The position numbers and the translations under genes are program-made. The notes under the pieces are model-generated. The model saw only the letters and a list, made by a program, of their open reading frames with translations. It was not told the origin of the DNA and ran no database searches. A stretch of 64,000 nucleotides of DNA from Thalia democratica (taxonomy: Eukaryota): contig OZ241827.1 of NCBI GenBank assembly GCA_965202585.1, positions 29,264,001 to 29,328,000 of the forward strand, written 5' to 3'. This document shows, one piece after another, positions 43,601-49,850 of this stretch; the first letter of the stretch is position 1, and every line of letters begins with the position of its first letter.

Positions 43601-46600
43601 AGTTATCTAGCTGTATAAACATTTCACTGTAAGTTTTTTTTAATACAAATAGAACTGTTTTTCTTTCAAATTTCATTTATTTTAGTTACTTACATGTACA
43701 ACTTAGTGTTAAACTAAGTATCAAAGTTTGAAAATGTTAAAATCTTTTGTTAAATACTCTACTGTCTTTAAAGTATTAGTATAGTAAGCTGTGTAGTATT
43801 TTAAAATATTTTTCTCTATTAAACTTTAAATTTAAAATAAGCTGAAAAACTTTTTTTTTATAGTTTAAAAATGTCAACTTACATAAATGAAAAGTTTTTA
43901 AGTAAAATATAAAGAAATTCTGAATCCCTTACAGGTTTATCATTTCCCGCCAAAAAATCGGGTTGATTGATGTCTTCTAAAGATATCATGGTGTCATCAT
44001 AGATTTGGTTATACTCGTCATCATAATCATAATAGTTATTATAATCAATGTAATATTTTCCTTTTGTGGTAGTTGTTGGTTTAGTTGCAGTGGTGGTTGA
44101 TATTTTTTCAGTTGTAGTAGTAACATCTATCTGCTCCGAGAGGTTGGTCTCTTCATTGAAATGTGAAGTTGCAGTGTTTTTCACATCTAAAATTAAAAAA
44201 ACCTCATTAAAAAACTAAAGCTAACTGCATGACCAATTTTTTCTTGTACTTGTAACTTTAAACTTTTCATACTCAACCTTTGCTTATATTGTACCTATTA
44301 AACTTTTGTATTATAGTTAAAAGTTTTCTTTATTATATGTTTTTTTAAAAAACAAAAACATACAGCACTCAGGTCTGTTGGGATCGATTCCGAGATTTTT
44401 CATGTGAAACTTTTCTAATGTCACCCTAAAACTTGCGAGCACTCCCGAAGTCAGCAAAGACTCTATTTCAGGTTGCAGGAGCTCCGGATCTTCCGATCCG
44501 CACATTCCGATGTCCACTGTCGCTACCACGTCGTTTTCATCTCGTCTATTGTTTAGAATATTGTAGTAGTATTTAATTTTTTAATATAACTGTAAAGTTT
44601 TTAAATAAATTTTATTGTGTTTATTTAGATTTAGAATACTTATTACAGTTTTGTTTTTAATTCGTCCACAGATTTAATCTACAAATATGAAACAAAGTTA
44701 TAAAAATTGAACAAATAATTTTTGTAATGAAAGTTACCAATAAGTACAACTTATTAATGGATACTTTAGTTTTTCTCAGTCAGAATTTTTTTTATCACAA
44801 TTCAGTTTTAACCTTCGCATTGTTTAAAATATTTTAGAAAACCAAAATTGTTTATTGATCATGGCATTTTAGTTGAAGTCTTAAATGGTTGTGAAAACGC
44901 TATTTTTCGTATACAAATTGCAGAAAAATAAAAACTTTTTTCTAACTAAATACGTACTTTTTTTAGACAAAACAGCAAGACTTGATAAATTTATAAACTT
45001 TAGTTTAAGACAATAATATCGTAAAATAAAAACCTGTACATGATTGGAGTTGCTTCTGAATAAACCCCCAGTTTTGTTCTTAAGTAACGTTCAATCTATA
45101 ATCATAGTTTAAAGTGATCACTATTAAAAACGAAAAGCAGTATTTCAAAAGATTAAACATATAATAAAAACACAGAACGACTAAAATAAATTCATACTTT
45201 CTAAAAAGTTTGCAGTTTTTTAAATAAATAAAATACTATGAAAATTTAAGAAAAATAGACATACTTAATTTTTTTTTCTAATTTGTATCTTAGGTAGCAG
45301 AGTAATTTTTCAATGTAAAAATGTTAACACAAGGTCAATAATGACCTAAAAGTCTAAACTAACAGTTGTCATTATTTCGAAAGAAACGTCAGAAAAGTAT
45401 TGTGAGCTTTGATCGCTCAACTCTTCATTGTATCTTATAGAATCCATGAAATTAATCTTTGCCCTACGCCAACCTTATAAGCGAAATGTTATAAACAAAA
45501 ACTTAAAAAATATTTTGTACTATTTTACAAATCAACATATGAAAAACTCTAGCAAGTAAACTAAAAAATAACTAAATTTAAAGATTTAAAAGTATGTCTT
45601 TCTAAGCAGTTTTTTAATCTAATTAAAATATAAACTTGTACTGTGTTTAACACCTTGTTACTTTTTTACGTAGTTAACTTGTTGGTAATGTATAAAGCGA
45701 TGTGAATAACAACTTAAAATAAGATATTTGTATTAAAATATAATACAAAGTTGTTTGTATAAGATTACTAAATTACTATTTTATGCAAATAAAGGTACTC
45801 ATAGTTTATCAAAACTTTGAAGATAATTTTATCGCTTTTTGTTTAGATAGTTTTAGTAGTTTTAAGCTTCTTCCAAAACATGTTACTTACAGTATTTGCT
45901 ATTATTTTTAATGCTATAAATATCTCTGTGATCGTTAATGTTGTTTATATAAAAAACTAACCGAAATCTTGAGAGCGAGGGTTAAAGTCATCTTCTTGAT
46001 CTTCAAATGAGTCATCTGTTGGTAACTCAGTATTGTCTTCTTCTCCACTTGATCCAGAGCCCTCTAAGTCACTTTCTTCTAAGTCATATAAGGACCTTTT
46101 ACTTCTTTTATGATCATAGTAGGAGGCTCCTGAATCAAGATCGGTTCTACCTTTTTTTAACAATATTGATCTTCTAATGAGTCTTCGTTCCTATAACATA
46201 TTTAAGAAGTTATACTTGATTTAGTTAAAAAACTTATTAACATGCATTATAAACAAGCTTTTTAAATTAAACAGAACTAATATTTAAAGTGTTATTAAAT
46301 TATTTTTAAATTCTTTGTAAAAAAATACATAAGTGGTCAAACTAGTTTGTTTATCAATATTTAGATACTAAAATAGAGTAAACTTTATAATTATTAGACA
46401 TTTAGTGTTTATTATTGATCATTATAGTAAAAAATAGTAAAGTATCACTTACTTTGCACTTTAATTTCATTTCTTTAAGCGCAGAAAATTTACTTAATAG
46501 TAAAACATACTCAAAAGTATAACAAAGTTTTTTGATGAATGCAAAAATAAAGGGTAAACGATAATTTCCATATATACTTATTTTTTATGCTTTTTGTTTT

Positions 46601-49147
46601 TTAAAACAAGGTTACGCCCTTTGACAAATATTTTCGCACTTACTTGTATAGGTTTAATATATATTGAAGAATATATGCACATCTATACGCATGGTTATTT
46701 AAAAAGTTATCAGATTTAAAAAAAGAAACCATAATTCCATCAAAATTCTAAAACTAAAGTCTCACACCTTTTGCATTTTAAAACAAGCTCATGCTGTGAA
46801 AACAAAACAAATGTTGGATTTATTTAGGTGGCTTTATTAATTTTCCACAAGAATGTTTGATTTTAAAAAAACATTTTCCAGTTCAACATAAGAGTTTAAG
46901 CTTTAAAGTATTTTAACAAGTGAACTTTGTAATGAAAATAACTCTAAAAAAATAGATAAGTAAGTGTTTCTAATGCTTTTTCAGCATCCAACGACAACTA
47001 AATATTTTAGTTGCACAAGGCTGATTTAAAGTTGCACTATTTGCTAATTAAAGTTTTAAAGTAATTGATCAAGAAGCCACCTAGGTTGAACAACCATTTG
47101 CGACAATTTATTCAACTCTAAACACATAACAGAAATCTGCAATGATAATACAATATCATCGCAATTTTTAGTTTTATCTGTCTCTTTTTATCTTATCTTA
47201 CAGCTGACGGTGCATAAATCAAAATATTGAGTTTCTGTTTGCACTCTAAGTTTTTTTTTTTATAAAAACCATTCAATAAAGATATGGTGTTAGAAGTAGA
47301 CTACGGTTTCAATATACAACCGTCGTATATAGTAAGTCATATGATTATTTCAATACTATGATTTAGTAATCAAATATTAAGCACAGATAATGTTTCAGTT
47401 GAGGGGCTTTAACGTTTTAAGTTAAATAAGTTTTTTTTAATAGTTGGTTTAACTTATGTAGCAAGCTAAATAATTATTTTATGTTTCTGACTTTTAAAAA
47501 GTTTTGATGCTTTTTACTTTTTTTTTAATTTGTTTTTGAAAACACAGTTTACTTGTAAAATAAAATTGTATATTTTTGATCGTATTTTAACAGATAATAA
47601 TTTTGAAATTTTGAATCTAACTACTTTGAAGTTATTGCTTAACACGTGTTGAAGACATTTTTTGCTTAGAAATATATAAAAGGAAGATACTACATTTATC
47701 ATTGCACCTTTTAGAACCTAAAATCTAAATGTTTTAACCTTCGATGCTTTTTTATAAAGTAGAATTATTTAAGTTTTTGCTGACATTTAAAAATATTAAT
47801 TAACTTTTTTGTTTTATCAAAACCTTAGTGTTGCAACAGTTTGCCATACTAAAACTAAAGCTTAAATTCGGTATATGTTTGTTTATATAACATATAACAA
47901 ACATTTCAAGCTACTAAAAAGCAATCAAAAATATTCGACTACATTTTTTAATTATAATGGTTTATGACAAAAAACACGTTTTAGTTTTTTGTAGTATTAC
48001 TTCTTTCTTAATTCTTTTCTTAATACATCGACTATATAATTTAAATGAACACAATATTTGATTTTTATTTAGATTCATGCATAAAATTTTCGTAAAGTTA
48101 AATCAGGTTTCGGCTTAAGTAACTGCGTAAGGAAAAAAAGATAATTTATCATAATTTTCAATAACGCATTGTAGTTTTTTTTGTAACCATAACTAAACAT
48201 TTTTTAGTTTTGCACTGAATTTAGTTTTTTAGTCACAATATGTCACTTTTCAAACAAATAAATCATACATGTCTTGTTTGTTTCTAACATAATTTTTCAT
48301 AGTTATATTATAAGTTTCAAAATAGGTAGAATATATTTTTAAGTGTTCAATTTGTGATTTACATTAGCATTAAACAAAACTTTGTCGTTATTTTCTTTAA
48401 AACATAAGCGGTAACTTTTGTACAATACTAAAGTTAATGTGTAATAATAATTAAAAATACTCTACAGTTGTACATAATCAAACTAAATTAAATAGTTTTA
48501 AAAACCGGTAAAACTTTATTCGGAAACCGCAATCCGTAAAAAAAATGTATAAACTAACAAAAAGTCTCTGTTATTTTTAGTTGAGAAACGCAAGCAAAAT
48601 CATTAATTAAAAATATCTACTAGCTAGTAATGTAAGGTGCAGTTTAAAAGTTTTACTTAAACTTTGTTATGTAATAAACAGCTTAGCATTAATGTTGTGA
48701 TATAAATTTTGAGCGCTTTGAAAACATTATCTTTATTTGTCAGCAGTAAAGGCTCTGTTTAATTCTTGTACCTTGCTCATACGACTTCATTATGGGATTA
48801 AGTTTTATTAAGTTTATAGAACTACACTTAATTTCTTTTTTGTCATTGGGTTGTAAACAAATGTTTTAAAAGCTACAAATTAAAAAAAATTGTTTCGTAC
48901 GTTTTGAAAGTAAAATTAATTATGTAGAGATTTATATACTTTTCGAATTTTATCTACTTTTTTTTTCATAATAACACCTTTATAAATAATAAAACTGTCT
49001 TTAAAAAGAATCGGTTTAGCACTTAAAAATACTGACGCATTAAAACGATATCCATAGTAATTATAAATGATAACTTACTTCATTTCTATCTGCCTTTATG
49101 AAGCTGAAGAACGCTAAAATTACGAGGATATAATTGATAGTCTTCAT
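272..49147 (-). CDS. HSPG2: Perlecan / basement membrane heparan sulfate proteoglycan core protein (3'-partial, 55 coding exons in window, ~2740 aa)
   Basis: Manual exon assembly with GT-AG boundaries and consistent phases. The order signal-SG/acidic-SEA-LDLa x3-Ig-(LamB+LE) x3-Ig x11+ is the diagnostic perlecan architecture. Confidence 0.95.
704..827 (-). CDS. HSPG2: Exon 54: Ig10, second half
   Basis: [26 protein letters not shown]. Confidence 0.94.
1161..1309 (-). CDS. HSPG2: Exon 53: Ig10, first half
   Basis: PPIVVVSP...[13 protein letters not shown]...TTWSR. Confidence 0.93.
2811..2967 (-). CDS. HSPG2: Exon 52: Ig9, second half
   Basis: [27 protein letters not shown]. Confidence 0.93.
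3874..3992 (-). CDS. HSPG2: Exon 51: Ig9, first half (contains RGDS)
   Basis: PPVVQLLP...[25 protein letters not shown]. Confidence 0.93.
4562..4684 (-). CDS. HSPG2: Exon 50: Ig8, second half
   Basis: [26 protein letters not shown]. Confidence 0.93.
4880..5044 (-). CDS. HSPG2: Exon 49: Ig8, first half
   Basis: VPPTVLSP...[24 protein letters not shown]. Confidence 0.93.
6381..6524 (-). CDS. HSPG2: Exon 48: Ig7, second half
   Basis: [25 protein letters not shown]. Confidence 0.93.
6930..6983. repeat. Short tandem repeat of GATTACTT (19-bp higher-order unit)
   Basis: GATTACTT at 6931, 6942, 6950, 6961 and 6969, plus a degenerate sixth copy. Confidence 0.9.
7256..7399 (-). CDS. HSPG2: Exon 47: Ig7, first half
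   Basis: RPKVFVE...[21 protein letters not shown]. Confidence 0.93.
8080..8214 (-). CDS. HSPG2: Exon 46: Ig6, second half
   Basis: [26 protein letters not shown]. Confidence 0.94.
9392..9515 (-). CDS. HSPG2: Exon 45: Ig6, first half
   Basis: [35 protein letters not shown]. Confidence 0.92.
10855..10989 (-). CDS. HSPG2: Exon 44: Ig5, second half
   Basis: [28 protein letters not shown]...KKVELPL. Confidence 0.92.
11219..11367 (-). CDS. HSPG2: Exon 43: Ig5, first half
   Basis: RKPLCKT...[22 protein letters not shown]. Confidence 0.92.
11782..11811 (-). other. Candidate 30-nt cassette microexon between Ig4 and Ig5
   Basis: ctttttttag|TGTACGGTATGATAGCAGAAAAAGCTGAAG|gtaaga; phase 1-1, stop-free. 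Confidence 0.5.
13031..13160 (-). CDS. HSPG2: Exon 42: Ig4, second half
   Basis: [30 protein letters not shown]...LIVKKR. Confidence 0.93.
13472..13626 (-). CDS. HSPG2: Exon 41: Ig4, first half
   Basis: [11 protein letters not shown]...[12 protein letters not shown]...FTWTR; weak donor gtttga. Confidence 0.88.
14061..14210 (-). CDS. HSPG2: Exon 40: Ig3, second half
   Basis: DGKPLP...[23 protein letters not shown]. Confidence 0.94.
14571..14696 (-). CDS. HSPG2: Exon 39: Ig3, first half
   Basis: [11 protein letters not shown]...[23 protein letters not shown]. Confidence 0.92.
17860..18046 (-). CDS. HSPG2: Exon 38: Ig2, second half
   Basis: [11 protein letters not shown]...[19 protein letters not shown]...HLIVKQQ. 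Confidence 0.94.
18261..18361 (-). CDS. HSPG2: Exon 37: Ig2, first half
   Basis: [33 protein letters not shown]. Confidence 0.92.
18594..19121. mobile_element. Non-autonomous hAT-type MITE (528 bp)
   Basis: Perfect 14-bp TIR CAGTGGTCGTCAAG/CTTGACGACCACTG; perfect 8-bp TSD GTTTAAAG; repeated subterminal GTGCAC/GTGTAC motifs. Confidence 0.93.
19286..19503 (-). CDS. HSPG2: Exon 36: Ig1, second half
   Basis: CQVVSP...VTWKR...[14 protein letters not shown]. Confidence 0.94.
19629..19728 (-). CDS. HSPG2: Exon 35: domain IV Ig1, first half
   Basis: [32 protein letters not shown]. Confidence 0.9.
20110..20270 (-). CDS. HSPG2: Exon 34: laminin-EGF, end of domain III
   Basis: [33 protein letters not shown]. 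Confidence 0.94.
21025..21143 (-). CDS. HSPG2: Exon 33: laminin-EGF
   Basis: [19 protein letters not shown]...CRECPCP. Confidence 0.94.
21324..21437 (-). CDS. HSPG2: Exon 32: laminin-EGF
   Basis: [38 protein letters not shown]. Confidence 0.94.
21716..21949 (-). CDS. HSPG2: Exon 31: laminin-B domain 3 end plus EGF
   Basis: RSWQH...[21 protein letters not shown]...[16 protein letters not shown]. Confidence 0.94.
22257..22445 (-). CDS. HSPG2: Exon 30: laminin-B domain 3, part b
   Basis: [12 protein letters not shown]...PKVLISGNN...VTKLKE. Confidence 0.92.
22717..22899 (-). CDS. HSPG2: Exon 29: laminin-B domain 3, part a
   Basis: [10 protein letters not shown]...[14 protein letters not shown]. 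Confidence 0.9.
23165..23314 (-). CDS. HSPG2: Exon 28: laminin-EGF
   Basis: [16 protein letters not shown]...[14 protein letters not shown]. Confidence 0.93.
25405..25424. repeat. (AT)10 microsatellite
   Basis: Direct reading. Confidence 0.9.
25624..25663. repeat. (TA)20 microsatellite
   Basis: Direct reading. Confidence 0.95.
26364..26496 (-). CDS. HSPG2: Exon 27: laminin-EGF
   Basis: CSHGYER...[23 protein letters not shown]. Confidence 0.93.
27522..27709 (-). CDS. HSPG2: Exon 26: laminin-EGF
   Basis: [19 protein letters not shown]...[14 protein letters not shown]. Confidence 0.93.
27926..28057 (-). CDS. HSPG2: Exon 25: laminin-EGF
   Basis: SCEEGYER...[19 protein letters not shown]. Confidence 0.93.
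28392..28500 (-). CDS. HSPG2: Exon 24: laminin-B domain 2 end plus EGF
   Basis: [10 protein letters not shown]...[19 protein letters not shown]. Confidence 0.93.
29494..29612 (-). CDS. HSPG2: Exon 23: laminin-B domain 2, part c
   Basis: [32 protein letters not shown]. Confidence 0.93.
30041..30220 (-). CDS. HSPG2: Exon 22: laminin-B domain 2, part b
   Basis: [12 protein letters not shown]...NVILEGAG...SVKFRE. Confidence 0.93.
30381..30701. mobile_element. Non-autonomous hAT-type MITE (321 bp)
   Basis: TIR TAGGGGTCGG...CCGACCCCTG; 8-bp TSD ATATAGGA/ATATAAGA; subterminal GGCCCGCG motifs typical of Charlie-like elements. Confidence 0.88.
31861..32046 (-). CDS. HSPG2: Exon 21: laminin-B domain 2, part a
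   Basis: [11 protein letters not shown]...[14 protein letters not shown]. Confidence 0.9.
32188..32328 (-). CDS. HSPG2: Exon 20: laminin-EGF
   Basis: [38 protein letters not shown]. Confidence 0.93.
32620..32858 (-). CDS. HSPG2: Exon 19: Pro/Thr hinge plus laminin-EGF
   Basis: [35 protein letters not shown]...KCNCK. Confidence 0.92.
33400..33586 (-). CDS. HSPG2: Exon 18: EGF end plus charged low-complexity insert
   Basis: [16 protein letters not shown]...[15 protein letters not shown]...HDD|gtgggt. Confidence 0.88.
34127..34262 (-). CDS. HSPG2: Exon 17: laminin-B domain 1 end plus EGF
   Basis: LGNIVLDTS...[17 protein letters not shown]. Confidence 0.92.
34511..34629 (-). CDS. HSPG2: Exon 16: laminin-B domain 1, part c
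   Basis: [32 protein letters not shown]. Confidence 0.92.
34972..35160 (-). CDS. HSPG2: Exon 15: laminin-B domain 1, part b
   Basis: [14 protein letters not shown]...DVILEGKN...VVLDE. Confidence 0.92.
35314..35526 (-). CDS. HSPG2: Exon 14: laminin-B domain 1, part a
   Basis: [10 protein letters not shown]...[14 protein letters not shown]. Confidence 0.9.
35762..35883 (-). CDS. HSPG2: Exon 13: laminin-EGF fragment
   Basis: QACLEGEF...[23 protein letters not shown]. Confidence 0.9.
36181..36287 (-). CDS. HSPG2: Exon 12: domain II Ig, second half
   Basis: [35 protein letters not shown]. Confidence 0.95.
37059..37248 (-). CDS. HSPG2: Exon 11: domain II Ig, first half
   Basis: KPEVTELP...[20 protein letters not shown]...GTLTIR. 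Confidence 0.95.
37444..37905. repeat. 53-bp inverted repeat (37444-37496 / 37853-37905) with a hammerhead-like core; possible Penelope-like element remnant
   Basis: 49/53 identity between arms; CTGATGA-AAAGTC-GAAAC-GGC-G(G/T)C motif. The repeat is seen directly; the PLE origin is inferred. Confidence 0.7.
39178..39309 (-). CDS. HSPG2: Exon 10: LDLa 3
   Basis: [36 protein letters not shown]. Confidence 0.95.
41270..41392 (-). CDS. HSPG2: Exon 9: LDLa 2
   Basis: [36 protein letters not shown]. Confidence 0.95.
41675..41865 (-). CDS. HSPG2: Exon 8: Thr-rich tail plus LDLa 1
   Basis: [36 protein letters not shown]. Confidence 0.95.
42360..42433 (-). CDS. HSPG2: Exon 7: Thr/Lys-rich spacer
   Basis: [24 protein letters not shown]; cag|...|gttggt; phase 0 to 2. 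Confidence 0.8.
43933..44186 (-). CDS. HSPG2: Exon 6: Thr-rich and Tyr/Asp-rich spacer
   Basis: VKNTATSH...[29 protein letters not shown]...NDKP|gtaagg; phase 1 to 0. Confidence 0.8.
44364..44545 (-). CDS. HSPG2: Exon 5: SEA domain part 3
   Basis: [60 protein letters not shown]. Confidence 0.9.
45034..45095 (-). CDS. HSPG2: Exon 4: SEA domain part 2
   Basis: [20 protein letters not shown]; phase 0 to 2 bridges the neighbours; weak donor gttttt. Confidence 0.8.
45364..45473 (-). CDS. HSPG2: Exon 3: SEA domain part 1
   Basis: [36 protein letters not shown]; aag|...|gttagt; phase 1 to 0. Confidence 0.88.
45962..46190 (-). CDS. HSPG2: Exon 2: domain I, basic prosegment plus acidic Ser-Gly region
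   Basis: [13 protein letters not shown]...[27 protein letters not shown]...QDF; tag|...|gttagt. Confidence 0.9.
49079..49147 (-). CDS. HSPG2: Exon 1 (coding): signal peptide
   Basis: [23 protein letters not shown], then GTAAGT donor in phase 0, matching the phase-0 acceptor at 46190. Confidence 0.85.
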
Positions 49148-49293
49148 ACTTTTAGTCAAAACTTCTTAAATTCAGTTTGTCAGCTCTAAACTTGGAACGT
49201 TTTATTAACACTGTAACTTCGACAAACGTTATTTTTATGCCTTTATGAGGCTAGTTGACAAGACAAACCCAGCTCTCAAAGTGTTCTGCTTTG
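49148..49293 (-). other. Probable 5' UTR portion of the ATG-containing exon
   Basis: Acceptor-like taaacag| at 49294, upstream of the ATG; no transcript evidence. Confidence 0.4.
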
Positions 49294-49452
49294 CTGTTTA
49301 TAAAAAACAGTAGGGCTGAAAAAATACATTTATAGTTATAACTTTAATTCAATCAAAAATATAATAAAATATATAAAAGCATTAACTAAGTATATAAAAA
49401 AAACGATTTCAAAGTATGACACAATCTTTATTATATTTATATTTTTACTTAC

Positions 49453-49850
49453 TAGGTTCTATGTTAAAATATAAAAAAATATGTCACTTGAATAACTTAT
49501 GAAGCTAAAATAGCAACGAAAGCTTATTTTCGCTTCAAAGTAAATTACACTTTACTCCGTAGCAAGTGCAGCTTTCAATGCTGTCTTGTCTCACGCTGGT
49601 CTCATTCAATCTGCTCACGCTTGCTACATTCTAAAACTAAAACCACCACTTAGAAAATGAAAGCGCAGCAACTGTTTGCTTCTACGACTTCAACTCAAAC
49701 TGTCTAAAAAGCGGCCTGCCGTGTTTTGAGATTTCACGCAAAAGCCTTTTTTTGATGCTCTTTCCCGCATTTATCTTCTTTCTCGTCATTCTCTCCCCAA
49801 TTAATTATGCCCACCCAACCTCAAAGTCTTTCGTAAACTTGTGCATTTGT
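49453..49850 (-). promoter_or_regulatory. Probable perlecan promoter plus non-coding first exon
   Basis: GC/CpG-elevated block at 49550-49830 (GGTTGGGTGGGC box, CAGTT Inr-like motifs) ending in a strong CCTA|GTAAGT donor at 49452, ~300 bp upstream of the ATG. Confidence 0.5.

Noticed and set aside
43602-43616. 15-nt match GTTATCTAGCTGTAT to the body of miR-9
   Set aside because: The seed (TCTTTG) is absent and no complementary arm is nearby, so there is no hairpin; treated as chance
48100-48540. hAT-like end (CCGCAATCCGTA) and AACCG motifs
   Set aside because: No matching opposite TIR or TSD found
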